Source of the DNA: Trypethelium eluteriae
Taxonomy: Eukaryota
Direction of reading: 5' to 3'
Assembly: GCA_051942245.1 (NCBI GenBank)
Contig: JAVECL010000250.1
Span: forward strand, 1 to 32,891
Length of the DNA: 32,891 bases
Translations under genes and position numbers: made by a program
Shown: positions 11,109-25,016 of the stretch, one piece after another
Layout: each line of letters starts with the position of its first letter
How positions within the stretch are numbered: position 1 is the stretch's first letter
The notes under the pieces: generated by a model
The model's input: the letters and a program-made list of their open reading frames with translations, nothing else
Told to the model about the DNA's origin: nothing
Database searches by the model: none

Positions 11109-11844
11109 CTCGAAGGGTATGAGGTATCCAAGAGGGAATGGGGTGAGGTGAGAAATTGAGGTTCGGATCGCTCAACAACGAAAAAGTGCTGAACGGGCTG
11201 CTGTCGGAGCAGGAGCTTGGACCCTTCGGCCCCAACCGGCGAACTTGAAGGCGACTCTAACCTTTGTATCTAATTGATTTTTTGCCTCTGTTATCTCTGA
11301 TACCTTAGCTTGCTGGGAAAATTCGTCTACCATAAACACACCGCATTAATTCCAAACGATTGGCAACGTTAATTTGACTTGCGGTTAGCGGATTGATAGA
11401 CTCTATTCGTCGGCCAGATATCATTTCAATCACCTCGCTGAGTTTACTTATTACCAAGCTTGGGGATGAATTCCGGAATTGATGAGGCAACCATGCCGTG
11501 CTGAAAGATATATATTAATGAGAATATCGTGATTGGATTTCTGCATCAAACTCAGTATTTCTAAGATAGGTACAACGTCTTTGGTTTACGGTAAACAATG
11601 GATTCAATACCAAGGTTCGGGCACCGTTCCCCGTACGCATCTTATTCAGAGTGATCCCTGCATGTGGCTGGTGCTAGGTGTGGCTCAAGACCAGTGACCC
11701 TGAGGCTGTCCGCTAACGCTAGGCCTCTTCTGTAGACACGACGTCTTATTCTTGAGAATCAGTGACATCTGGCAGACTTGCACGCTTTCTTCGCACGCGT
11801 TCTTAATCTTCGGCCTTCCCTAACGTCGAACACAATTTCTGAGC

Positions 11845-11963
11845 ATGCCAAAATAAGTCTACCCGAGTTGCGCATGCCTACCGGCCACCGCGATCATGAG
11901 CGTGGAGGACACGACGAGTCCAGCTCCGCAGCAAGAGGAGGCAGAAAGAAGCGCCGATGGTGA
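11845..11963 (+). promoter_or_regulatory. Two upstream AUGs ahead of SEC7 (uORF MPK* at 11845-11856; out-of-frame overlapping uORF at 11874-11963)
   Basis: ATGs at 11845 and 11874 lie within 52 nt of the SEC7 ATG (11896). Function depends on the unknown transcription start. Confidence 0.35.
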
Positions 11964-14900
11964 ACTTGCAAAGGACATTGCAGGAGACTCGACAACAGGA
12001 CCTTTTGGCGGAACCGTAGAAGGGAACTATGGCCAGGAATGGGGCTCTCAGGAACCAGCATATCCCAATAATGGAGCTTCTGAAGACCTGTCCTCTCAAT
12101 CAGTAACAGCGCCCACGCCGCCATCAAAAAGCTTAGAATCGACTGGACAGGAAAATTTCAATCCGTCAGACGTACATTATGTTCGCTCGGAACAAAGCTC
12201 AGCTATGTCGAGGCAAGATACCGTCAGCACAGTAGACGGACCGGACACAAGACCGTCCCAAGCAGGACGCGCACGAACCGATTCTCGCTCGACTGTGAAC
12301 ACTCAGGCGACGCAGAAATCCTCTGCTCTCAGCTCAATGGTTTTCGTCATAACCGCCTTGGACACAATTGCTTCCTCAAAAGATGCAAGAAAAAGAAAAG
12401 AGCTCGGCGATGCTGCACAAAAGGCTATGAGCGCCATTAAGTCCGAGGGTGACCCAACAAATCTGAATCCAGAACTCCTTTTCAGACCGCTCCAGCTTGC
12501 TACTGAGGCTTATACTGTTCAGGTGGTAACGACGGCTTTAGATTGCATCGGCAAATTGATCAGTTACTCCTACTTCTCAGTTCCTGCGGACCAGAGCGAA
12601 CCTTCTCAAGCCCCTCCTCTGATTGAAAGAGCCATTGATACCATATGTGATTGCTTTCAAGGAGAAGCCACTCCAGTGGAGATACAGTTGCAGATTGTCA
12701 AATCGTTGCTTGCAGCAATTTTGAACGATAAGATCGTGGTCCATGGTGCAGGCCTTCTCAAGGCTATCCGTCAAACCTACAATATCTTCCTCCTCTCCAA
12801 GTCAAGTCCTAACCAACAAATAGCACAAGGAACGCTGGCACAAATGGTTGGCACTGTATTCGAACGCGTCCGAACCCGCATTCAAATGAAGGAGGCTCGT
12901 GTCAATCTCTCGCGCACCTCACTCAAGGACGAGAGTGATACGCAGATGAGTAGTACACTCGGCAGTCCTGAAACGAACGGTGATATCAATGGCGATGTCG
13001 AAGCTTCAGAAACTGCCTCAACTCTACCTGCCGATATCCCCGTTGAAAAGGACGAGCAATACAAAATCACTCTCCAAAGCTTCGAGAACCGAAAAAGCTT
13101 CGACGACGCTCAGATCGGTGACAATGCTCCAACTATGGTGACGCATCTAAGAAGGTCAAAAGCACCAATCCGATCTACATCAAATGGCGATGTCCCTTCT
13201 ATTCACGTTCATCCTGATGGCTCTGACATAAGCGAAGAAGACGAGGAAGACGAGATTTATATCAAAGATGCATTTCTCGTGTTCCGAGCTATGTCTAAAC
13301 TTAGCATCAAATCCCTGCCGGTCGAACAGGCTGTGGATATTAAGTCACATGGCATGCGATCGAAGCTGCTATCACTGCACATCATCCACATGATTCTTCA
13401 CAACAATTCGATTGTGTTCACGTCACCCCTTGCGACGATACGGAGCGGTAACAATGAAGAGCCAATGACATTCGTTCAAGCAGTCAAGCAACATCTTTGC
13501 TTGAGTCTGAGTCGAAATGGTGCAAGCTCGGTGAATCGAATATTTGAAGTCGGCTGTGCCATATTCTGGGAGATGATGAAAAATATGCGCCTTATGCTCA
13601 AGAAAGAAATCGAAGTCTTCCTCAAGGAAATATACCTTGCCATCCTAGACAAGCGAACAGCACCTGTGTTTCAAAAACAGTACGTTGTTTCGCTTCTTGG
13701 ACGGCTGGCATCTGAGGATCCCCGAGCTTTGGTGGAGATATATCTTAATTACGACTGTGATCGGACAGCTCTGGACAACATGTACCAGCGAATCATCGAG
13801 CACATCTCTCGAATATCTCTGACACCTGTTCTAATGACGCCACAGCAGCAGCAAGCCTTCTTGGAACACCAGCCAAGGATACCGACAACCTCAGTCGATT
13901 GGCAAAGTCGAGAGACTCTACCTCCATCGCTATCGACTACCAACGTCACGGCTGCAACCGAGCCTGACCTGGGTTATCCGTTAGAATATGCCTTGAAACA
14001 GGATTCATTGGAATGCCTTGTTAAGATGCTGAGATCGCTGGCCGCCTGGTCAAGGCAGGGACTGGAAATCACCCAAACTACTATGCGTGAGTTAGAGTCC
14101 AGGAATTCTCTTGACGAAGGACGTAAATCGATCGACCTGCGCAATGGCATGCCTTCACCAAGGTTGGGTGGAAACGAATGGCCCGACACAGGTACGCCTG
14201 TTGCAGAGGATGATCCAAGCGAACTCGAAAAAGTGAAACAACATAAGACTGCTCTCACAAACGCAATCAGGCAATTCAATTTCAAGCCCAAGCGGGGTAT
14301 AAAGGTGCTTCTGAAGGAAAAGTTCATTCATTCAGATTCACCAGAAGAGATCGCCAAATTCCTTATCGCGGAGCCTCATCTTAGTAAGGCTGCATTAGGC
14401 GAGTATCTTGGGGAAGGGGACGAGGAGAATATTAAGATCATGCATGCCTTCGTTGATAGCATGGATTTTACCAAAACTCGCTTTGTGGATGCCTTGCGCC
14501 GCTTTTTACAAAGCTTCAGGCTTCCAGGAGAAGCACAAAAGATCGATCGTTTCATGTTGAAGTTTGCCGAGAGATATATTTCTGGCAATCCAAACGCTTT
14601 CGCCAATGCTGACACAGCATATGTCCTTGCCTACTCCGTCATCCTGCTCAACACTGACCAACATAGTGCGAAGATGAAAGGCCCCCGAATGACTCCGGAG
14701 GATTTCATTAAGAATAACCGCGGTATAAACGACAACGCTGATCTGCCCGAAGACTATCTAAGAGGGATTTATGATGAGATTGCGCATAACGAGATCGTCC
14801 TAGATACAGAACGTGAGACCGCTGCGAACCTGGGTCTCGCAACGCAACCGTCTGCTGGACTGGCTGCAAATATTGGACAGGCCCTGGCTACGGTCGGCCG

Positions 14901-17900
14901 TGATCTACAGCGAGAAGCATATGTACAGGCTTCGCAAGAGATGTCGAGTAGGACAGAGCAACTGTTCAAAAGCATGATCAGAGCACAGAAAAAAGGCGCC
15001 TCCAAAATCCCTGTTTCGAAATTCATTCCTGCAACATCATTCAAACATGTCGGACCAATGTTCGAGGTTACTTGGACACCATTCCTTCGTGCCTTGACAA
15101 CGGCTGCTCGAGAAACTCTGAACATAGAAACGATTAGGCTGTGTATGGAAGGTCAAAAACTTGCTATCCGCATAGCATGCATATTCGATCTCGAGGATCC
15201 CCGGCAAGGCTTTGTCAATTCCCTTGCGCAATTTACGAATCTCTACAACTTAAGTGAGATGAAGGCCAAGAACATCGAGGCCTTGAAATCACTGTTGGAA
15301 GTGGCGCACACAGAGGGAAATTTAGGAAAGGAGTCGTGGCGACACATTCTGACATGTATCAGCCAGCTTGACCGATTTCAGCTCATTTCAACCGGCGTTG
15401 ATGCTCGTGCCGTCCCGGACGTGCTGAAAGTTAATAATGCATCTCAAGGAACGCAAAAGGGCCCTCCGCCACCGCGTAGGATGCGCACTCGATCCAGTGT
15501 GACGCAGGTCTTCCAGTCCGACATCGCCGTGGAGAGTCGATCCGCAGATATGATCCGTGGAGTTGACAAAGTATTCACCAACACCGCCAATCTGAATGGC
15601 GAGCAAATCGTCGATTTTGTGAAAGCGCTCACAGAAGTTAGCTGGCAGGAAATACAGTCCTCGGGACAAAGCGAAGAGCCCCGAACATACAGTCTACAGA
15701 AGATTGTAGAAATCAGCGGATACAACATGACTCGCGTCCGGATGGAATGGACTAAAATCTGGCAGGTTCTTGGTGAGCACTTCAATCAAGTCGGCTGTCA
15801 CAGCAACACCAGTGTTGTTGTCTTTGCACTCAATTCTTTGCGGCAGCTATCCATGAAGTTTATGGAGATCGAGGAATTGCCGGGCTTCAAATTTCAAAAG
15901 GACTTCTTGAAACCATTTGAGCACATTATCAACAACAGCCATCAAGTATCCGTGAAGGACCTCGTCCTGCGATGTCTGATTCAAATGATACAGGCAAGAG
16001 GCGAAAATATCCGCTCCGGCTGGCGAACCATGTTTGGCGTCTTTACAGTTGCCGCGAGGGAGCCATATGAAAGTATCGTCAATCTTGCTTTCGATAACGT
16101 CACACAGGTCTACAATACCCGGTTTGGTGTCGTTATTTCACAAGGCGCTTTCGCCGATCTCATTGTCTGTTTGACAGAATTCTCAAAGAATATGAAGTTC
16201 CAGAAGAAATCCCTGCAGGCAATTGAGACATTGAAATCATCTGTGCCCAAGATGCTTCGCACCCCGGAGTGCCCGCTGTCAGTCAACTCGGGCTTGGCGC
16301 AAGATGCACCGCAGCCAGGCGCAATTCCCAAGCAACCGACTCACCAGACGCAAGAAGAACAGTTCTGGTTCCCCGTTCTTTTCGCTTTCCATGACGTCCT
16401 CATGACCGGAGAGGACCTGGAGGTCCGTTCACGGTTCGTGCTATACCATTTCTTTAAATAAGAGTAATAGCTAATGAAGGTTAACAGAGCTCTCAACTAT
16501 CTTTTCGATACTCTCATCAAATACGGCGGAGACTTTCCACAGGACTTCTGGGACACACTCTGGCGCCAGCTCCTCTACCCCATATTCATGGTTCTCAAGT
16601 CAAAGTCAGAAATGTCCAAGGTGCTTAATACCGAGGAGCTTTCGGTCTGGCTCTCAACTACAATGATCCAGGCATTGCGCAACATGATCACGCTGTTCAC
16701 CCATTTCTTCGGTTCTCTTGAGTATATGCTTGACCGATTCTTGGATCTTCTGGCACTGTGCATTTGCCAGGAGAACGATACTCTAGCGAGGATAGGCAGC
16801 AATTGCTTACAGCAGTTGATACTGCAAAACGTTACCAAGTTCTCAGCTCATCACTGGAACAATATCGTCAATGCATTTGTCGATCTCTTCAATCGAACAG
16901 AAGCCACTGCACTCTTTTCTGCCGCAACTTCATCCTCGTATCGATCATCTTCCAACGCCTCCATCAATGGCGTCAAGGAACCTAAAACGCCAACGGCCGA
17001 ATCATCCACCATATCCGACCTTCAACTTAGCGAAACGCCAATCGATGAGAATATCGACAATGCTCTCGGTATCAATGGTCTACCCGCCTCACAGCCCCAA
17101 TCCTCCGTCAACGCTCGTCAAACTCCCCAAACCTCTACCTCTCCAAAACGCTCTTCCTCCCGCAGCCGCGCCTCCTCCATCGGCGCCAGCAAGAAGTCCA
17201 GCAGCACGCGCGACGGCCTCGAAGACTTCTCGCACCCCTCCGCGGACGAACCCCTCCAACAGCCGCCCATCGTCGTCACCGCCGCCCGCCGCCGCTTCTT
17301 CAACCAAATCATCACCAAATGCGTGCTACAGCTCCTCATGATTGAGACCGTCAACGAGCTCTTCTCCAACGAGTCCGTCTACACCAGCATCCCGTCGTCG
17401 GAGCTCCTGCGCCTGATGGCGCTCCTCAAGAAGTCGTACCACTTCGCCAAGCGCTTCAACGGCGACCGCGAGCTGCGCACACGACTGTTCAGGGAAGGCT
17501 TCATGAAGCAACCGCCGAACCTGCTGAAGCAGGAGAGTGGCAGTGCGAGCGTCTATGTCAGTATCTTGCTCAGGATGTATCATGATCCGCGGCCGGAGCG
17601 CATCACGTCGCGGCCGGCGACAGAGGCGGCGCTGATTCCGTTGTGTGTGGATATTGTGGGGAGTTATGCGGCGTTGGATGAGGAGACGCAGCAGCGGAAT
17701 ATTGCGACGTGGAGACCCGTTGTCGTGGACGTACTTGAGGGATACGCGGGGTTCCCTGAGGAGGAGTTTGGACGGCATGTCGAGACGTTTGCGCCGTTGG
17801 TGGTGGGATTGATGAATAGGGAGATGGGCATGGATGTTCAACGGGCGGTGCAGGGCTTGTTGCAGAGGGTATTCGAAGTGCAATTCGGGATTGAGAGGGT

Positions 17901-17997
17901 GGAGATCGGAACGCCTTTACCGACTCCAAGTAGCCCCAGCAGTGCGACCAAGAATCTTTTCAGGAGGAGAGGAAGTAGTAATACGACCGTGAGGTGA
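11896..17997 (+). CDS. SEC7: Arf guanine nucleotide exchange factor Sec7 (BIG/Sec7 family), about 2015 aa; intron 16434-16487
   Basis: DCB (ALDCIGKLISY), HUS box (YLNYDCD), Sec7 domain FRLPGEAQKIDRFMLKFAERY with the glutamic finger, and HDS domains. Intron GTTCGT..CTAAT..ACAG joins the 1521-aa and 507-aa ORFs in frame (EVRSR|ALNYLF). Confidence 0.97.
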
Positions 17998-18429
17998 GGC
18001 GGGTCAAAGCTTCGGAGGAATGGGAGTTCAGAGATGGTATGACGGACTGCGTGGATATTCTGTGTAAAATTAGAGCTAGGGAACCTTTAGATGGGAATGG
18101 GCATGTAGTATTTTCAGCGCTTGTATGTATCAAGTATAAAGTAAGAAGCAACATTATACTTTTACTACACTACTTCGCGGGCCTATGTCTTGGTATAACT
18201 CGCGGTCTCAAGAGCAAGATTGCCTTAGCATTTCTTTCGCATCTACTTCAAGATCCATCTTCTTCGACGCCTAAGGACGATGCGCATCGAAATGACGTAA
18301 TACTCTATACGGTTTATCATTTGTAGATACCTGAGTTTTCGATTCTCCATATACACAGTTTTCCTCCAACCCAAAGTTTGGTGTCGAAATCTCACACTTT
18401 TCAGTCTGCCTCACAGAGAACTGTCCAGA

Positions 18430-18978
18430 ATGCCGCTCTCGTCCCTCACCACCCTCTCCACCTTGCGCATTTCCCGCCACCAGATCCCGGCCTATCACCT
18501 AATCCCCAATACTTCACTCGCTCCAAATCGACCTCTCCTCATTTATCACTCGGCATTCCCCCGAGCCGTCACCGCTTCCGCCATCGAATCACACCTCAGC
18601 ACTATCGGCGCCGTTGTCCCCGCCTGGCGATATACTATGTATAGCACTACCCACTTTCACAGCACGGCCCATGAAGTCTTGTGCATCTCGCGCGGGAAGG
18701 GGCGATTATGCTTTGGCGGAGAGGAGAATTCGGGACGAGTAGAGGAGGTGCTGGAGAGAGGCGACGTAGTGATCGTGCCGGCGGGAGTAGGGCATCGGTT
18801 ATTGGAGGATTTGGGCGGTGGATTTGAGATGGTGGGAAGCTATGAGGAAGGAAAAAGCTGGGATATGTGTTATGGGAAGAAGGGTGAGGAGGACAAGGTG
18901 GAGCAAATCAAGGGATTGGGCTGGTTTAGGAAGGATCCGGTGTATGGCGATGAAGGACCGGCAGTGAAGGGAAATTAA
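18430..18978 (+). CDS. Cupin-domain protein (YjlB-like), 182 aa
   Basis: IPN...PLLIY, cupin motif 1 HFHSTAHEVL, motif 2 GDVVIVPAGVGH and C-terminal DPVYG. Confidence 0.88.
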   Translation: MPLSSLTTLSTLRISRHQIPAYHLIPNTSLAPNRPLLIYHSAFPRAVTASAIESHLSTIGAVVPAWRYTMYSTTHFHSTAHEVLCISRGKGRLCFGGEENSGRVEEVLERGDVVIVPAGVGHRLLEDLGGGFEMVGSYEEGKSWDMCYGKKGEEDKVEQIKGLGWFRKDPVYGDEGPAVKGN

Positions 18979-19700
18979 GGTAGGTCGAGTTAGAGATGCA
19001 AATTTCGAGATAACAACGAGGATTGGAAGACGTGGGTAATCTGTCTGTGATGGTCGCTTGAAGCTTAGCACTGAGACTTGAAAGACCGAAAGGAAGATTG
19101 TTCTAGTTAACTCTGTGACGGATTTGACAATGAACTGAAGTCAGAATCATTGCCATAGCGATGCTCCTGAAAGCTTTGTATTGTGTGACTTTTGAATATA
19201 TGACATGGCTATAGTCTAAAGTCACGAAAGTACCTAATGAGTCTTTGGTAGTGAGTGAAAGTTACAAAGAGGCAGCCTTGACCTCAGCCCCGGAGTATCG
19301 ATAGTACGTACCTTAGCCGTGCTGAACCTCACTACCGCTCACCTCGCTTTCAGGCAACATCCAAATCACTATATCTATTCCTGCAATCCCCCCCGCACCT
19401 CTCTTCACTCTACATCTCTCTTTCTCTGTTTCCTGATAGCTTGTTGGGAAGTATCTTGGAGAATCGATCGATTCTTTGATTGCTTCCGTCACTCGCACCA
19501 CGTCCTTGCCGCCACCTTGCGGCTGTCCTTACTCCCTCCGATCGCCTCTCTCTTTCGGCAGAGTCGCCGCTCTTCAGACTCCGTCGAGAGGGATCCGAAA
19601 CTCTGATTAGCGACTTCCCTCGAGCTCGAAACCTTCAGGCACTGTTAAAGCAGTCTCTGCAGTCGCTCGTGTGCGCGTAGCACACGCTACTTCCTTAAAG

Positions 19701-22293
19701 ATGCCGGCAGCAATGGTAATGCCAAACAAGGAGGATATTGATGGCACGTAAGTACACCCCTTCCTTCCATTACATTAGTTTTTCTCGTTAAAGATATGTG
19801 ATTTTATCATGCTGCGAATTCAGGCCCTTTGCGGACGTCGAAAGGGCCGAGTACCGGTGCCCATGATCCTGTTCGATCCTGCTATCATATCAAGGAATAT
19901 TACTTTTGCTAACTCTGCGTGTCACAGTTGGAACTTCCTCGAAAATGGCGTCAATCGGATCATGAATCAACTCCGCGAAGGAGTGGACCTCAAGACGTAT
20001 ATGGGACTTTATACCGCGATTCATAACTTTTGCACGTCACAAAAAGCGGTTGGCAATAACAGTAACAGCTCCTTGAGCTCAAATCATCGCGGTGGTGGTG
20101 AGAGACCCCTCTCCTCTATTTCTCACAGTATTTGGGCTAACTGTGTGTAGCACATCTTCTTGGAGAAGATCTATACCAACGACTCATCGGATATCTGTCA
20201 ACGCATCTCCAAGGCGTGCGCAAAGATGCTTCACAGCACGTGGATGAAGCTCTCCTCAAATTCTACATCAAGCAGTGGGATAGATTCACAACGGCTGGTA
20301 CATACAACAATCACTTGTTCCGGTATCTGAACCGCCACTGGGTGAAACGTGAGGTCGACGAGGGCAAGAAGAATATCTATGATATTTACACCCTACATCT
20401 GGTGCGGTGGAAAGAGGACATGTTCGAATACACACACAAGAACGTGATGGATGCGGTCCTCAGGCTCGTTGAGCGACAACGAAATGGTGAGACCATTGAG
20501 CAATCTCAGATCAAGAGCATCGTCAACTCCTTTGTTTCACTTGGACTTGACGACTCCGATACAACAAAATCAACTCTCGAAGTCTATAAAGAGCACTTCG
20601 AAGCGCCATTCCTCGAAGCCACGAAGCGGTATTATCAAAACGAGTCAAAACAGTTTCTTGCTGTGAATAGTGTTGTGGACTACATGAAGAAAGCTGAGGG
20701 CCGATTAGATGAAGAGAAGGAGCATGTGCCTGTCTACTTACTTCATGAAATCATGGGTCCTCTCATGAAGACTTGCGAAACTGCACTAATCTCAGAGCAT
20801 TCACCCCTACTCCGCGACGAGTTCCAAAACCTTCTCGACAACGACCGTGTGGAAGACCTTGCCCGCATGTACAATCTCTTGGCGCGCGTTCCGGATGGCC
20901 TTGATCCACTCCGCCAACGATTCGAGACACACGTCCGCAAGGCTGGTCTGACCGCCGTGGAAAAGGTTGCAGCCGATGGTGACAGCCTCGAACCAAAGGT
21001 ATATGTTGAGGCCTTACTCGAAGTCCACACTCAATACCAAGATCTTGTCAACAAAGCTTTCAAGGGCGAATCCGAATTTGTTCGATCTCTTGATAATGCT
21101 TGCCGCGAGTTTGTTAACCGCAACAAGGTTTGCAAGTCTGGCTCCACTAAATCTCCTGAGTTGCTTGCCAAGTATACCGACACTCTTCTCAAGAAGTCTT
21201 CTAAGAATGCCGAGGAGGATGATATGGAAAAGCAGCTTACACAGATAATGACTGTGTTCAAATACATAGAAGATAAGGACGTTTTCCAGAAGTTCTATTC
21301 TCGAATGCTTGCCAAACGTCTTGTCAACATCACTTCCGTCTCTGAAGATGCTGAAACCAGCATGATCAGTAAGCTCAAGGAAGCTTGTGGATTTGAGTAT
21401 ACCAACAAGTTGCAACGGATGTTCCAAGATATGCAAATCTCCAAAGATTTGAACTCCAGCTATAGGGAGTGGCAAGACGAACGTTGGGACGAAGATCAGA
21501 AGAGCAATGCCGTCGACGCGTCCTTCCAGATCCTCGGCACCGGTTTCTGGCCTCTCCAACCTCCCAGTACTGCATTCTTACCTCCACAGAGCATTTCAAA
21601 AGCATGCGAACGCTTTAACAATTTCTACACGAACAAACATCAAGGCCGAAAGCTTACCTGGCTATGGCAACTCTGCAAGGGTGAAATTCGTGCCAACTAT
21701 ATCAAGGCCAACAAAGTTCCATACACTTTCCAAGTCTCTACCTTCCAAATGGCTATCCTCCTCCTCTTCAATGACCAAGACAGCGTGTCTTACGACGAGA
21801 TGGCCGCTGGTACTTCACTTGCCAAGGAGACACTTGACCCAAGCATTGCCATCATGGTAAAAGCCAAGGTCTTGAATGTGGAGCCGGCTGATGGCAAGAC
21901 GGAATCTGGTACAGCCTATAGCCTGAATTACGGCTTCAAGAACAAGAAAGTCAAGGTGAATCTTAATATCGGTATTAAGAGTGAGCAGAAGCAGGAAGTT
22001 GAAGATACACACAAGACGATTGAGGAGGACAGGAAGCTCCTTATACAAGTAAGCAATCATTCTCCCTCTTTCTTTTTAGTAAATTTTGCTAACGTCCAAT
22101 CTAGTCTGCGATCGTTCGGATCATGAAGTCCCGTAAGAAAATGAAGCACGTCCAGCTCGTACAGGAAACCATTGCACAGATCAAGTCTCGTTTCGCACCG
22201 AAGGTCCCTGATATCAAGAAATGCATCGACATGCTCCTTGAGAAGGAGTATCTGGAGCGTTTAGAAGGTGATGAGCTCGGATACCTAGCGTGA
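19701..22293 (+). CDS. CUL1: Cullin-1 (SCF scaffold, CulA/Cdc53), 767 aa; exons 19701-19747, 19928-20097, 20151-22048, 22105-22293
   Basis: [50 protein letters not shown] and neddylation motif [10 protein letters not shown]. Three canonical introns give a joined length of 2304 nt. Confidence 0.97.
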
Positions 22294-23051
22294 GCACCTT
22301 TTATTCTTCTGCATTGGCGACGTCGAGGACATGGAGACAAACAGACTGCGTTCAAGCTTCATAGATCCCTCAATTGATTTTACGCCGGGAAACGTGATGG
22401 AAGGATTGCATGCGTTTCACCAGCGCCGTGGGTGTTTAAGGCGTCGGCTGAAGGGTACGCTCTCTACAGTCCCCGGTGGGACAATGGTGTGCAGCGGTAG
22501 ACATCCAAGGTTTTTCCCTTCACCAGGCTTTTCATAGTTTTGCATGTCTCCTTGAGACTTCCTCTAGCTTTGTACAAGCTGCATTTTCTCTTCGCTTTTT
22601 CTCTGCTCCATGCTTAGTCCTTGGTGACTTTGTCGTGACAAGATGCAAACTCTTGTCTCAGCTGCCAGATAGTGTCATACTCTTCGAGGCGCCGCGGTCT
22701 TCGCAGTCCAGCTGCGCCTAACATCCCCGGTAGGCTGCCAGTCTATTCCTTGCGAATACACTAGGCAGGGCATCGAGGGTAATAGTAATCGTTGTGGATT
22801 CTCTTCCCCACTTCCCGAAATTCTCATCCCGCCTTCTGGACACCCTTTGCACATACCCTTCTGTATATTCCCATCATCTGCAATATACACTTCGTCAGCT
22901 TCGCTGAAAACCTGACGAACGATAACCTGACAGAAGACAGATCGCCCGATCTTTACCCAGTGCAGTTACCGGCCACGTATCGGAATATACGCGCTCGTCC
23001 ATGGATCTACACTTACTACAGATATCTTGATCACAGGCTTGTGCAAACTTC

Positions 23052-24236
23052 ATGATGGCCGATCGAGATGGGACGTCTCGTCTAAAGGGCACCGTCCACA
23101 TCGCTCTCTGCGGCACTAAAAGCCGTCCCATCATTTTGCCTGCAGCTGATGTTGCAGACTATGAGGTAATTCAAGTCATGATATCTTATTATCATCTTGT
23201 TAAATACTCTTAGACTTTAATAGTGCGTATTTGCTACGAATTCAATATTCAATCTGCCAACGAAATAAATTACTTCCACACAGCCGACAGCGGCTGCGAC
23301 GCGGAATTGAGTGCCAAATCCATCGACTGTGGCAGTCATCTTGTCGTCACTGGTTCAAGTGCGCCTCAGTTGAAAGTGCATATCAAGCCAGTTGAGATCA
23401 AAGATGAAGAGCTCAGGCCTGCCAAAAGTGAGAAGGATGAGCCCAGAGTTCGTGACGTAATCAGCGATGAGACGATTGTGAAGGTGGAAGACGTTCAGCA
23501 CGACGAGTCTGCGCCAGTTGAAAGTGAAAAAAATACCCCCAAGCTTGGTGGGTCCGTGGGCAATGAGTCTTTAGTAAAGGTTGAAGAGATTCCGTTTACC
23601 CCTTCCATCGTCAGGGAAATTCAAACAACTACAGAGGCTGAGCGCCCCGGCGAAACAAAGAGTCAAGTAACCATGACACGAGACGACGCACCTATCACAT
23701 CACATTTCGCAATCGGCACAAAGAGAAAGCACATCGATGAGATCGTGAATGGTTCCCAAGACTTTGACACACCACCCAATGTCAGAGCAGGGCAAGATTC
23801 GGAGCAACGACCGTCAAAATCAGTCATCCAGAGCCAATCCAAGCCAGTCACCGATGAAACGGCAAAGACGAGTTGGGTTCGCAGAGGCGGGAAATCAATC
23901 TCGATCAATTATAATATCATTGATCTGACCTCTAGATCCAGCCCATCGAAGGGGCCCGGAGCCATTCGTCCTATACTCAAAGACTTTTGCTGGAAATTCG
24001 TCGGAAACGACCAAACGGTTCGTGATGCTCGCGAGGAACTTGACATGCGCCTAAAAAAACGCTTGGCTCAATGTGGTCTCGCCGGGAAGGTCGGCTTCAA
24101 GATGAGACTGAACGCACAGCATGGGCAGATGCGGACAGAAGATAACTTGGTACTTAGCGGTTACCTGCACCGTGATGCAATTAAGAGCGAACAGAGAAAG
24201 TTGAGTTGCGATGTCTTCTTGACAAGCAGGAAATGA
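23052..24236 (+). CDS. Hypothetical protein, about 378 aa; exons 23052-23165 and 23214-24236
   Basis: An ATG at 23052 plus a 48-nt GTAATT..TTAG intron (its TAG is an in-frame stop) joins in frame to the 337-codon ORF. No family was recognised with certainty. Confidence 0.7.
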
Positions 24237-25016
24237 AGAACGGCAATGTTGTTGGGCGTATTTTTTGGACACTATGGTGCTGAGACAATATCTTGCTTGC
24301 CTCTTTGCAACGCTGGCTTTATCTAACGACGGGAAGGCGCTCATAGTGGTTCTGACACGGCAAGGTCCGTAATGGACGATTGACACGAAACATCTCAACG
24401 GCTGGGAGCACTTATTTTGCTGGCATAGCTTGCAGCTTCTCTCTTCACTTGTGTATGGAAATCCACTAAATTGACAACAAATATCAGCAGTCCCGTGTAC
24501 CGTAGAAAGCGAGGTGCTGACTAGAAAGACACTATCGTAGCGGCACGATCTGGTCGAGACTCGGGCCGAGATTTCGACCACGTCATTCTGGCCCTTGCAT
24601 CTTCAGATGCGGATCCACTCAACCTTCAACCATGACATAAGGGAGCGCTGTAGGTAAATATAGACTGGGGAAACGAGAATGCAAGGAGCAAGCTCTTCTT
24701 GTCCATTAGTAAGGATTCCCCTGTATCTGGGGATAATGTGGTGAGCTTTTCCACTTCTCGAAACGCTTCCGCACTTTTCCGAAAGAAAGTCAATTGCTCC
24801 TACAACACGACTGCTCAGAGTCTTGAGCATCATTATTGCTGTTGATTCCATCTAATTTTAAGAAAGACTATAATTCAGTTTGCGAAAAGTCCCCGTAGCC
24901 TAATTGTGCCTTTATAATTTCTGACTGCATCTCTTTCATTTCACCACCTTTACCCAAGCACCGTCAATCTCCCCTTGCTGCCCTCCAATACACCTCCAAT
25001 TCACCTTCAAACCACC

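Noticed and set aside
11581..11635. Small hairpin (GTTTAC-G-GTAAAC) with nearby GGTTCG, tRNA-like at first glance
   Set aside because: No cloverleaf and no proper A/B boxes.
17100..17997. C-rich then G-rich strand skew at the 3' end of SEC7 (also in LAT1 and the cupin)
   Set aside because: Common compositional pattern at gene ends in filamentous ascomycetes, not evidence of a separate element.
19748..19927. CUL1 intron 1 is also long (180 nt) and a multiple of 3
   Set aside because: Retention hits an immediate in-frame TAA (ACG TAA), so no extended isoform is possible, unlike HSP88 intron 3.
24051..24851. Minus-strand ORFs of 176 aa and 82 aa
   Set aside because: No recognisable motifs, partial overlap with the plus-strand gene, and no convincing splice model.
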